DNA of 64,000 bases from an uncultured Rivularia sp. (GTDB lineage: Bacteria; Cyanobacteriota; Cyanobacteriia; Cyanobacteriales; Nostocaceae), in assembly GCA_963665115.1 (NCBI GenBank), contig OY762007.1:3072001-3136000 (forward strand). Direction: 5' to 3'. The first letter of the stretch is position 1. Each line of letters opens with the position of its first letter. Positions 11,927 to 21,988 of the stretch are shown here, piece after piece. The translations under genes and the position numbers were made by a program. Under the pieces are notes generated by a model, which did no database searches, was not told the origin of the DNA, and saw nothing but the letters and a program-made list of their open reading frames with translations.

Positions 11927-14374
11927 ATGACCGCTACATCCCAACCTCCGTTTTCTCCAGAAGAAATAGCCAAAGAAGGCATAAAACCCCAAGAATACCA
12001 AGAAATCGTCAACAGATTAGGTCGTCATCCTAACAAAGCCGAATTAGGAATGTTTGGCGTAATGTGGTCGGAACATTGCTGTTATAAAAATTCTCGACCT
12101 TTATTAAAACAGTTTCCTACAACCGGAGAGCGCATCCTTGTAGGTCCCGGTGAAAATGCTGGTGTTGTAGACTTGGGTGATGGTTTACAACTCGCTTTTA
12201 AAATTGAATCTCACAATCATCCTTCAGCAGTGGAACCCTTTCAAGGTGCTGCAACGGGAGTTGGTGGTATTCTCAGAGATATTTTTACAATGGGTGCGCG
12301 TCCGATCGCGGTGTTGAATTCACTGCGTTTCGGTAATTTAGAAGATGCCAAAACCCAAAGATTATTTAGCGGTGTGGTATCGGGAATTGCTCATTACGGT
12401 AACTGCGTGGGCGTTCCTACGGTTGGTGGTGAAGTCTATTTTGACCCCGCTTACTCTGGCAATCCTTTAGTAAACGTTATGGCGTTGGGATTAATGGAAA
12501 CGCCAGAAATTGTCAAATCCGGTGCATCAGGTATCGGCAATCCGGTACTGTATGTCGGTTCTACTACCGGGCGCGACGGTATGGGAGGAGCAAGTTTTGC
12601 CAGTGCAGAATTAACCGACGAATCAGTTGACAATCGTCCAGCAGTGCAGGTTGGCGACCCATTTTTAGAAAAATCCTTAATTGAAGCTTGTTTAGAAGCC
12701 TTTAAAACAGGTGCGGTAGTGGCAGCACAAGATATGGGTGCGGCAGGTATTACCTGTTCCACTTCCGAAATGGCCGCAAATGGTGGTGTCGGTGTGGAAT
12801 TTGATTTAGATAAAATTCCCAACCGCGAAACCGGAATGATTCCTTACGAATATCTACTCAGCGAATCTCAAGAGAGAATGCTGTTTGTTGCCAAAAAAGG
12901 TAGAGAGCAAGAATTAATAGATATTTTTGTGCGTTGGGGATTAAATGCAGTCGTTGCCGGAAAAGTCATAGAAGAACCCATAGTAAGGATTCTTTACCAA
13001 GGAAAAGTCGCAGCAGAAATACCTGCCACAGCTTTAGCAGAAAATACCCCGATTTATAACCGAGAATTATTAAAAGAACCTCCAGAATATGCCCGCAAAG
13101 CTTGGGAATGGACACCCGATTCCTTACCAGCTTGCACTCATGAAGGTATTGAAATTAAAGGAAAATTGCAAACCTGGAACGATATTCTGCTAACTTTACT
13201 TGATACTCCCAGCATAGCTTCAAAAAGTTGGGTTTATCGTCAATACGACCATCAAGTGCAGAATAACACCGTTATGTTACCCGGTGGTGCGGATGCGGCA
13301 ATTGTGCGGTTGCGCCCAGTTGGGGAAGACAAGGAGACAAGGAGACAAGGAGACAAGGAGATGAGGAGAGAAGAAAATTCCAATGCCCAATCCCCTATGC
13401 CCCATGCCCAAAAAGGTGTTGCTGCAACGGTTGATTGCAATTCTCGTTACGTTTATCTCGATCCTTACGAAGGTGCAAAGGCTGTAGTAGCTGAAGCCGC
13501 ACGCAATCTTAGCTGTGTAGGTGCAGAACCTTTAGCGGTTACAGATAACTTGAATTTTGGCAGCCCGGAAAAACCGATTGGTTATTGGCAGTTATCAGAA
13601 GCTTGTCGGGGATTAGCGGAAGGTTGTCAAGAATTATCGACTCCGGTAACTGGAGGAAATGTCTCTCTTTATAATGAGACTTTTGATACGAACGGCAATC
13701 CAAAACCAATTTATCCGACTCCCGTTGTCGGAATGGTAGGATTAATTCCTGATTTAACAAAGATTTGCTCCCAAGCTTGGCAATCGGAAGGCGATATAAT
13801 TTATCTCCTCGGTTTACCAATTCAATCGGAAACCGAATTAGGAGGAACGGAGTATTTAGCTACCATTCACGATACTGTTGCCGGAAAACCCCCAAGGGTA
13901 GATTTTGGCTTGGAACGTCGCGTACAGCAAGCTTGCCGTAAAGGTATTCGCCAAGGTTGGGTGCGTTCCGCTCATGATTGCGCTGAAGGTGGAATTACCG
14001 TCGCTTTAGCTGAATGCTGTATTAATAGTCATCTCGGTGCTGAGATTAAATTTGAATTACCAGCTGATTTACCAGCAAGCAATCCTCAGAGATGGGATGA
14101 AATACTTTTTGGTGAAGGAGGAGCAAGAATTATTGTTTCAGTTGCGTTAGCCAAGCAACAAATTTGGGAATCATACCTACAAGAACAATTAAACGATCGC
14201 TGGCAAATAATTGGCAAGGTCGGAAATTTCCAAACTGGTTTGGGGGTCTTAACCACTGATAACAAAACTTTAATAAACGTTACGATAGAAGATGTAAGCA
14301 ATCGCTTTCATCAAGCAATTACCAGGCGTTTAGCCGTTCCCCAACAGCTAAATACTCAAATGACAATTAAATAA
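11927..14374 (+). CDS. purL: Phosphoribosylformylglycinamidine synthase subunit PurL (with a repeat-derived in-frame insert)
   Basis: [45 protein letters not shown]. Confidence 0.97.
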   Translation: MTATSQPPFSPEEIAKEGIKPQEYQEIVNRLGRHPNKAELGMFGVMWSEHCCYKNSRPLLKQFPTTGERILVGPGENAGVVDLGDGLQLAFKIESHNHPSAVEPFQGAATGVGGILRDIFTMGARPIAVLNSLRFGNLEDAKTQRLFSGVVSGIAHYGNCVGVPTVGGEVYFDPAYSGNPLVNVMALGLMETPEIVKSGASGIGNPVLYVGSTTGRDGMGGASFASAELTDESVDNRPAVQVGDPFLEKSLIEACLEAFKTGAVVAAQDMGAAGITCSTSEMAANGGVGVEFDLDKIPNRETGMIPYEYLLSESQERMLFVAKKGREQELIDIFVRWGLNAVVAGKVIEEPIVRILYQGKVAAEIPATALAENTPIYNRELLKEPPEYARKAWEWTPDSLPACTHEGIEIKGKLQTWNDILLTLLDTPSIASKSWVYRQYDHQVQNNTVMLPGGADAAIVRLRPVGEDKETRRQGDKEMRREENSNAQSPMPHAQKGVAATVDCNSRYVYLDPYEGAKAVVAEAARNLSCVGAEPLAVTDNLNFGSPEKPIGYWQLSEACRGLAEGCQELSTPVTGGNVSLYNETFDTNGNPKPIYPTPVVGMVGLIPDLTKICSQAWQSEGDIIYLLGLPIQSETELGGTEYLATIHDTVAGKPPRVDFGLERRVQQACRKGIRQGWVRSAHDCAEGGITVALAECCINSHLGAEIKFELPADLPASNPQRWDEILFGEGGARIIVSVALAKQQIWESYLQEQLNDRWQIIGKVGNFQTGLGVLTTDNKTLINVTIEDVSNRFHQAITRRLAVPQQLNTQMTIK

Positions 14375-14513
14375 CTGGCAACTTACTATTAGTATCGCTG
14401 AGCATAAATACTGTACTGTGGTAAATAGATGGTTAAGAATTAATTAAGTTTTATCTAACTATCCAGTTTCACAATCCCAGTGGCTTGACATCATCATCAG
14501 GAGCATAGCTAGA

Positions 14514-16016
14514 ATGATTCCCCAAAATTCCAAAGCCGTCACTTCGGATAAATACGCCCAAACTAATCCCAATCCAATTAATCAAGATGAACGTCCTGAC
14601 AAGCAAGAAGAAGCTTGCGGGGTTTTTGGCGTTTACGCACCCAAAGAAGACGTTGCTAGACTAACTTATTTCGGATTGTATGCCCTCCAGCATAGAGGTC
14701 AAGAATCCGCTGGGATTGCCACTTTTGAAGACAAAAAGGTACACCTGCATAAAGATATGGGTTTAGTATCTCAAGTCTTCAACGAAACTATCCTTGATGA
14801 CTTACCAGGTAGTATTGCTGTCGGTCATACCCGTTATTCCACCACAGGTTCAAGCCATGTAGCCAATGCCCAACCTGCTATTGTCCAAACTCGACTAGGT
14901 GAAATAGCCCTTGCACACAACGGTAATTTAGTCAACACAAAGCAGTTGCGCGACGAACTGCTCGAAAAAAGCTGTAACCTAACTACCACAACCGACTCAG
15001 AAATGATTGCCTTGGCGATCGCCGAAGAATTAAACGACGGTTCCCAATTATTGGAAGCTGCGATTCGGGCTTTTCATCGTTGCCGAGGAGCCTTTAGTTT
15101 AGTAATCGGTTCCAGTGAAGGTGTAATGGGAGTGCGCGATCCAAACGGCATTCGTCCCCTGGTAATTGGAACTTTAGAGGGAAGTCCAACACGTTACGTT
15201 TTAGCATCCGAAACCTGCGCTTTGGATATTATTGGCGCTAAATACCTGCGAGATGTAGAGCCAGGTGAATTGGTTTGGATTACCGAATCAGGTTTAGCCT
15301 CTTTTCAGTGGAGTAAAAAGCAAGAAAGAAAGCTATGTATCTTTGAAATGTTTTACTTTGCTCGTCCCGATAGCATCATGAACGAGGAAAGCTTGTATAG
15401 CTACCGGATGAGATTAGGGCGACGATTAGCACAAGAATCTCTTGTAGATGCCGATATAGTTTTTGGAGTTCCAGATTCGGGAATCCCTGCTGCAATTGGT
15501 TTCTCAGAAGTTTCCGGTATACCTTACGTAGAAGGATTGATCAAAAATCGTTACGTCGGCAGAACCTTCATTCAGCCTACCCAAGCAATGCGCGAATCGG
15601 GTATAAGAATGAAACTAAATCCACTTAAAGACGTATTATCCGGGAAAAGAGTAATCATCATTGATGATTCAATTGTGCGAGGTACCACCAGTCGCAACTT
15701 AGTAAAATCCTTGTACGAAGCGGGTGCAACCGAAGTACATATGCGAATTTCTTCCCCTCCAGTTACCCATCCCTGTTTTTACGGTATTGATACCGATAGT
15801 CAAGATCAATTAATTGCTGCAACCAAATCAGTAAAAGAAATTGCCAAACACTTAGAAGTAGACAGTCTGGCATATCTAAGCTGGAAAGGAATGTTAGAAG
15901 AAACCAAACAAGATACCAATAGTTTTTGTTCCGCGTGTTTCACCGGAGATTATCCCGTACCAGTACCCGAAAGACTCAAACGTTCTAAATTAATTTTAGA
16001 AGAAGCAGTTGTTTAA
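14514..16016 (+). CDS. purF: Amidophosphoribosyltransferase
   Basis: EEACGVFG, LQHRGQE, GHTRYST, IIDDSIVRGTT. Confidence 0.97.
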   Translation: MIPQNSKAVTSDKYAQTNPNPINQDERPDKQEEACGVFGVYAPKEDVARLTYFGLYALQHRGQESAGIATFEDKKVHLHKDMGLVSQVFNETILDDLPGSIAVGHTRYSTTGSSHVANAQPAIVQTRLGEIALAHNGNLVNTKQLRDELLEKSCNLTTTTDSEMIALAIAEELNDGSQLLEAAIRAFHRCRGAFSLVIGSSEGVMGVRDPNGIRPLVIGTLEGSPTRYVLASETCALDIIGAKYLRDVEPGELVWITESGLASFQWSKKQERKLCIFEMFYFARPDSIMNEESLYSYRMRLGRRLAQESLVDADIVFGVPDSGIPAAIGFSEVSGIPYVEGLIKNRYVGRTFIQPTQAMRESGIRMKLNPLKDVLSGKRVIIIDDSIVRGTTSRNLVKSLYEAGATEVHMRISSPPVTHPCFYGIDTDSQDQLIAATKSVKEIAKHLEVDSLAYLSWKGMLEETKQDTNSFCSACFTGDYPVPVPERLKRSKLILEEAVV

Positions 16017-16067
16017 TAATTTTGCATTAAATTGGGTTTGTTTTTTCAGAACACTATAAATCACTTA

Positions 16068-16285
16068 TGTAGAGACGTAGCAGTGCTACGTCTTTTTGAT
16101 TATGTAAAGTACATTCGGACGGGCAGGGATGCCCATCCCACAAGAGTTGTAGTATAACTGGTTCCCAGCCTCCCTCTATAACTGGTTCCCAGTCTCTGGC
16201 TGGGAACCTATTGCTTGAGGCTCTGCCTCCAATAAATACGCGAGGCAGAAGCTCGAAAACTGCATTCCCAGGTGAAACCTGGAAG
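16068..16285. repeat. Cluster of small palindromic dispersed repeats
   Basis: GTAGAGACGTAGCAGTGCTACGTCT; GGGCAGGGATGCCC; GGTTCCCAGTCTCTGGCTGGGAACC; GAGGCTCTGCCTC...GAGGCAG; TATAACTGGTTCCCAG occurs twice. Confidence 0.65.
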
Positions 16286-16390
16286 TAACTCTTCACTCCT
16301 AACTAATAATTAATAAATCCTCAATTTTGATGGAATTAATATAGTCATTTATGTAATATGTAGTGAAATTGCGCTCTTTTAAAACCACTT

Positions 16391-16810
16391 ATGGAACCGA
16401 TAACCGCTGCAACTATCGCCACCCTTGCTTTTACCAAAGCCTTTGAAAAGACGATTGAAAAATTTACTGAAGCAACCTGGAGTAAAATTGAAGCGCTACG
16501 CAAGAAGATTTGGCAGAAATTAAGCGGAAATAAACAAGCGCAAAAAGTTTTAACTGCGGCTGAAACTGGTTCAAAAGAAGATTTGAAATTAGTTGCTCAA
16601 TTTTTGGAGCAAGAAATGGAATGGGATAAAAACTTTGCTCAAGAAGTACAAACTTTAGCTCGTGAGATCGATCAAGAAATTAATATCGGTCAAATACAAG
16701 GGCAAAACGTGCAAAATGTTTATGGTGGAGAAGCGCAACAAAATAATGCAAATAACACCAATGCACCAGTAATTCAAGGTGGTAGCGGACACAATATTAC
16801 ATTTAATTGA
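16391..16810 (+). CDS. Small helical (Bell/HeLL-like) domain protein with an N/Q/G-rich C-terminal motif; in frame with the downstream NB-ARC
   Basis: 139 aa; hydrophobic N-terminal helix, helical bundle, tail INIGQIQGQNVQNVYGGEAQQNNANNTNAPVIQGGSGHNITFN; family assignment is inference. Confidence 0.7.
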   Translation: MEPITAATIATLAFTKAFEKTIEKFTEATWSKIEALRKKIWQKLSGNKQAQKVLTAAETGSKEDLKLVAQFLEQEMEWDKNFAQEVQTLAREIDQEINIGQIQGQNVQNVYGGEAQQNNANNTNAPVIQGGSGHNITFN

Positions 16811-19800
16811 CTACAGTCGTCGGCAGGGGAACCGACAAAGTATCATCCCATTAAATATATACCGAAATTTGGCAGCGATAACTTTGTCGGAAGACAAGAT
16901 GAACTTGCCAAAATTCACGATAAGTTTTCAGAAACAAACAATAAAGTCGCCATTTCTTCTGTATCTGGTATGGGTGGTGTTGGAAAAACAGAGTTAGCGA
17001 CGCAGTATGCACGAAAACACGAAAATGATTATCCCGGTGGAATTTGCTGGTTAAATGTTAGAGGTACAAATTTAGCTGCGGGAATTATTCAATTTGTCCA
17101 ACAGATGGGTTTGGAAGTTCCCCAAAAAGATTTCCAAGAAAATGCGCTGACTCTAACTCAACAAGTAGCTTGGTGTTGGCAACATTGGCAACCACCCGAA
17201 GGTTTTGTGTTGATAATATTAGATGATGTGACTGATTTAGAAGATATTTCTGAGTTACTACCATCTTTTCAGCGCTTCCGGGTTTTGATGACAACCAGGT
17301 TGCGAGATATCGACACTAATGTTGAGGAAATATCCCTTGATGTGTTGTTACCAGAGGAAGCTTTAGAATTATTCAAAAATTTAATTGGTGAAAAGAAAGT
17401 AAATAAAGAATTAGAAACAGCTAACGAACTATGTAAATGGTTGGGATATTTACCTTTAGGGATAGAGTTAGTCGGAAGGTATATCAAGAAAAAACCTCCC
17501 CATTTTACTTTAAAGAAAATGTTGCAGCAGTTGCAAGAACAACGACTGTATCAAGAAGCGATGAATCCCCAGCAAAAAGGATTACGTACAGCCCAATTAG
17601 GAGTTTTAGACGCATTTGAATTAAGTTGGAAAGAACTCAATCCTACAACACAGGAGTTTGCTACATTATTAAGTCTATTTGCAGCAGATATTTTTGAGTG
17701 GCAATGGGTAGAATCGATAAGTAAATCCCTCAATTGGGATGAATCTGATGTTGAGGTAGCTATTGAGGAAGTTTACCAACGTTACTTGGTGCAGTCTTTA
17801 GAATATGAAGATGTATCTTACTATCAAATTCATCCTTTAATTCGAGAGTTTTTACAAGATAAATTAAAAGCATCTGCACAAATAAATGAGTTCAAACAAG
17901 CATTTACCAGCACTTTTATTGAAATTGCTCAAACAATTCCTGATTCAGTAACCCTGGAATTTATTAACTCAGTCAAAAACGCTATTCCCCATTTAACAGA
18001 AGTCGCAGAAAATCATCTTGATGCACTCAGCGATGAAAATTTATATTGGGCTTTTACTGGTTTAACTAATTTTTACCAGGGACAAGGTTTATATGCTTTA
18101 GCTGAACCTTGGACACAGCAATGCGTATCAGAACTAAAATCCCGTTTGGGAGAAAATCATCCCTATTTTGCTACCAGCTTGAACAATTTAGCTGAACTCT
18201 ACAGAAACATGGGAAGGTACGAAGAAGCTGAACCTATTTATATCCAAGCTTTGGAGTTAAGAAAACAGCTACTCGGAGTTAATCATCCCGATGTTGCAAT
18301 GAGCTTGAACAATTTAGCTAATCTCTACCACTTGCAAGGAAAGTACGAAGCAGCAGAACCTCTTTATATTCAAGCATTGGAGTTATATAAACAGCTACAG
18401 GGAGTTAATCATCCCGATGTTGCAACCAGCTTGAACAATTTAGCTGAACTTTACCGTTCTCAAGGAAAGTACGAAGCAGCAGAACCCCTTTATATTCAAG
18501 CTTTGGAGTTATATAAACAGCGACTCGGAGAAAATCATCCCCATGTTGCAATGAGCTTGAACAATTTAGCTTTACTCTACGATTCTCAAGGAAAGTACGA
18601 ACTAGCAGAACCCCTTTTTCTGCAAGCTTTGGAGTTATATAAACAGCTACTCGGAGAAAATCATCCCCATGTCGCAATGAGCTTGAACAATTTAGCTGAA
18701 CTTTACCGTTCTCAAGGAAAGTACGAAGCAGCAGAACCCCTTTATATCCAAGCTTTGGAGTTAAGAAAACAGCTTCTCGGAGAAAATCATCCCGACACTG
18801 CAATGAGTTTGAACAATTTATCTCTACTCTACAACTCCCAAGGAAAGTACGAAGCAGCAGAAACCTCTTTTAATTCAAGCTTTGGAGTTAACAAAACAGC
18901 TACTCGGAGAAAACCATCCCCACGTTGCTATGAGCTTCAACAATTTAGCAGGACTCTACAAATCCCAAGGAAGGTACGAGGAAGCAGAACCTCTTTATAT
19001 CCAATCTTTGGAGTTAACAAAACAGCTACTCGGAGTTAATCATCCCCACACAGCAATGAGCTTGAACAATTTAGCTCTACTCTACAACTCCCAAGGAAGG
19101 TACGAAGCAGCAGAACCTCTTTTTATTCAAGCATTGCAGTTAAGAAAACAGCTACTCGGAGTAAATCATCCCGATGTTGCTACCAGCTTGAGCAGTTTAG
19201 CTTACCTCTACTACTCCCAAGGAAGGTACGAAGCAGCAGAACCACTTTTGATTCAAGCATTGGAGTTATGTAAACAGCTACTCGGAGTTAATCATCCCGA
19301 TGTCGCAACCATTTTGAACAATTTAGCTTTACTCTACAACTCTCAAGGAAGGTATGAAGCAGCAGAACCTCTTTTGATTCAAGCTTTGGAGTTAACAAAA
19401 CAGCTACAGGGAGTTAATCATCCCTCCGTCGCAACCAGTTTGAACAATTTAGCTTTACTCTACAACTCTCAAGGAAGGTATGAAGCAGCAGAACCACTTT
19501 TGATTCAAGCATTGGAGTTAAGTAAACAGCTACAGGGAGTTAATCATCCCGATGTCGCAACCAGTTTGAACAATTTAGCTTTACTCTACAACTCTCAAGG
19601 AAAGTACGAAGCAGCAGAACCTCTTTATATTCAAGCATTGGAGTTATATAAACAGCTACAGGGAGTTAATCATCCCGATGTTGCAACCAGCTTGAACAAT
19701 TTAGCTGAACTTTACCGTTCTCAAGGAAAGTACGAAGCAGCAGAACCTCTTTATATTCAAGCATTGCAGTTAAGAAAACAGCTACTCGGAGTTAATCATC

Positions 19801-20255
19801 CCGACACAGCAGGCAGTTTGAACAATTTAGCTTTACTCTACGGTTCTCAAGGAAAGTACGAACTAGCAGAACCCCTTTTTCTGCAAGCTTTGGAGTTATA
19901 TAAACAGCTACTCGGAGAAAATCATCCCCATGTCGCAATGAGCTTGAACAATTTAGCTGCACTCTACTATTCTCAAGGAAGGTACGAAGAAGCTCAACCC
20001 CTTTATATCCAAGCTTTGGAGTTAAGAAAACAGCTTCTCGGAGAAAATCATCCCGACACTGCAATGAGTTTGAACAATTTAGCTTATCTCTACTTTTCCA
20101 TCGGAAAGTACGAAGAAGCTGAACCTCTTTATATCCAAGCTGTTGAGATTGCGGAGCGGATTTTGGGAGAAAATCACCCCAATACGGTGCTTTATCGGAA
20201 AAATTTGGAATATTTACGCGCACAGCGGGGAGAAGGTGGAAGCAGCGAAGAATAA
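16811..20255 (+). CDS. NB-ARC (STAND) ATPase with about 16 42-aa TPR repeats (NLR-like); no canonical start upstream of the FVGR motif; +1 frameshift at about 18862
   Basis: Open frame from 16811: ...NFVGRQDEL...GMGGVGKTELA (Walker A), LIILDDV (Walker B), MTTR, GYLPLGI, YQIHPLIRE, then HPDVATSLNNLAxLYxSQGxYEAAEPL repeats. Confidence 0.88.
18151..20200 (+). repeat. 126-bp intragenic TPR tandem repeats
   Basis: AATCATCCC...TTGAACAATTTAG recurs every 126 nt. Confidence 0.9.
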
Positions 20256-20291
20256 ACAGTGAGCAGTGAGCAGTGAGCAGTTTCCGTGATT

Positions 20292-20656
20292 GTCATTGCG
20301 AATGTAGCGAAGCGAAATGTTAGCGGAGCGTGTCCGGAACGGACATAGCAATCACAATAACTCGTTGGTGTTGAAGATGTTGGGATTGCTTCCTTCGTCG
20401 CAATGACGGAAACCGAGTTGTCATTGCGAGTGGAACGGAGTGGAACGAAGCAATCGCAATAACTCGTTGGTGTTGAAGATGTTGGGATTGCTTCCTTCGT
20501 CGCAATGACAGAAACCGAGTTGTCATTGCGAGTGGAACGGAGTGGAACGAAGCAATCGCAATAACTCGTTGGTGTTGAAGATGTTGGGATTGCTTCCTTC
20601 GTCGCAATGACGGTTTGAGAGTTACTCGTTGGGATTGCTTCCTTCGTCGCTATGAC
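20292..20656. repeat. Array of GTCATTGCG...CGCAATGAC palindromic elements (3 full units plus one right arm; 102-bp period)
   Basis: Units 20292-20407, 20420-20509, 20522-20611; extra arm 20631-20656. Confidence 0.9.
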
Positions 20657-20688
20657 AGCTTCAAAATAACTCGTTGGTGATGACAGTT

Positions 20689-20979
20689 TCACAATAAACC
20701 GTCATACAAATCACACCATTGTGGATTCATACTATTAACTAAATCGATTTTCTTTTGTCTGGAACCAGCTTTAATTTGTTTCTCTCTTGCTATAGCATCA
20801 TTAATATCAGCAAAAATTTCGTAATAAACCAGTTTATTAACGTTGTACTTTTTTGTAAAACCTGCAATTAATTTTTCTTTGTGTTCGTAAACTCTTCTAA
20901 TTAAATCATTCGTAACACCTGTATAAAGCACTGTATTATATTTATTTGTGATTATATAGATATAGTATTGCTGGCTCAT
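20689..20979 (-). CDS. Stand-alone GIY-YIG nuclease
   Basis: YYIYI...LYTGVTNDLIRRVYEH...AIAREKQIK...NPQW. Confidence 0.92.
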   Translation of the reverse strand: MSQQYYIYIITNKYNTVLYTGVTNDLIRRVYEHKEKLIAGFTKKYNVNKLVYYEIFADINDAIAREKQIKAGSRQKKIDLVNSMNPQWCDLYDGLL

Positions 20980-20988
20980 TGATTGTAA

Positions 20989-21255
20989 TTACGCTTTACC
21001 CTTTCTGATTGCTTGGTTTCTTTGACGTAGTTTCTCAATTACTTTTCTACCGTCAAGTCTTTCCCCACCTTCGGAAGCTTCAACCCCAACCATAATTTCC
21101 CGTTTCAATTCCTCAAATCTACCTTTGTAAATCCTTTCTCTTTCCTTGAGCAATTTAATACCCGCAATAATCACTTCCTCAGTTGAGGAATATTTACCAC
21201 TTGCAATTTGACTTTGAATAAATTCTTCTAATTCAGGAGTTAGGGAGATACTTGT
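20989..21255 (-). CDS. ParD-like ribbon-helix-helix antitoxin; start codon apparently lost (ACA at the expected ATG); no cognate toxin adjacent
   Basis: Frame extends to (T)SISLTPELEEFIQSQIASGKYSSTEEVIIAGIKLL, the typical CC2985/ParD pattern. Confidence 0.7.
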   Translation of the reverse strand, partial: TSISLTPELEEFIQSQIASGKYSSTEEVIIAGIKLLKERERIYKGRFEELKREIMVGVEASEGGERLDGRKVIEKLRQRNQAIRKGKA

Positions 21256-21330
21256 AAATATTGCTATTCAAACTGTTTTCTATATTCTGATTATTAATTG
21301 CTGCTCGTCTGCGTAAAAACGTGCCATCAA

Positions 21331-21657
21331 CTAGGCTACCTGATTACGCTCGATTGCCAATTCTATTTCATCGGGATGAGCTTTTGCATAAATCCAAGCA
21401 TTCGCTAAATCTGTAGCAGTAATAGTTGGATAGCTGATTAAAAGGTCAGAATCACTATATCCGAGACTTTGAGCTTCCACAAGCACCCAAACTGGAATAC
21501 GAGTTTTTGTAATCCGTGCTTCTCCACCACAAACTCTAGGTGTTTTCTCAATCCCTTGCCAATTGCTACCCAAACTTTGAGCAAGTAACTGTATTACTTG
21601 TACTTTTTCATTGGGATTGAGGGCAAGAAGTTGTTGCTCTAATTCTTTGAGTGTCAC
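21331..21657 (-). CDS. DUF433 domain protein (putative antitoxin)
   Basis: IEKTPRVCGGEARITKTRIPVWVLV...YPTIT. Confidence 0.85.
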   Translation of the reverse strand: MTLKELEQQLLALNPNEKVQVIQLLAQSLGSNWQGIEKTPRVCGGEARITKTRIPVWVLVEAQSLGYSDSDLLISYPTITATDLANAWIYAKAHPDEIELAIERNQVA

Positions 21658-21794
21658 AAATCAAAATACCTTACTGCGCTAGTTAAGCTGCTTTCCATAT
21701 TCTTATTATAGAAGGGAGGCATCGCATTGTAATGAAAGCTGTGTTTTTTGCTGAGTTGGTTGGAAAGTGCGATTTGTTAGGTGGGTTAATTATG

Positions 21795-21988
21795 ACATCT
21801 TGCACCATTCTTAATAAACCCTTAAATCCACCTTGTAAGCCGGAGGCTTTCTCGCAGAGAAATTTCAAGGCTCATATACAAAGTACGTTTTAAACGTACT
21901 AGAAGCCTTACCCAGTCTGATTTATCAGACTTTGTTTTTTAGCCTGGGAATTTATTCCAAGGCGGTTATCGCAACTGGTGCAAGATGT
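21795..21988. mobile_element. MITE-like nested-palindrome element, copy 2
   Basis: Perfect 13-bp TIR ACATCTTGCACCA / TGGTGCAAGATGT; core shared with 11449-11628. Confidence 0.75.

Noticed and set aside
16808..16810. Selenocysteine codon
   Set aside because: The position is an inter-domain linker rather than a catalytic Cys site, and no sel genes are in the window; generic readthrough or a nonsense change is more plausible.
16779..16997. 72-aa ORF as the NB-ARC N-terminus via frameshift
   Set aside because: The NB-ARC motifs (FVGR, Walker A) are in the frame of the 16391 ORF, not this one.
18151..20200. Diversity-generating retroelement
   Set aside because: No reverse transcriptase, and the differences between repeats are not adenine-specific.
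18405..20223. Antisense ORFs within TPR arrays (also 62657-63956)
   Set aside because: Shadows of the 126-bp repeats.
20292..20656. CRISPR array
   Set aside because: The sequences between repeats are identical rather than unique spacers, the units are 90-bp palindromes, and no cas genes are present.
20192..20692. ORFs 20192-20692 and 20320-20607
   Set aside because: Translations of the palindromic repeat array.
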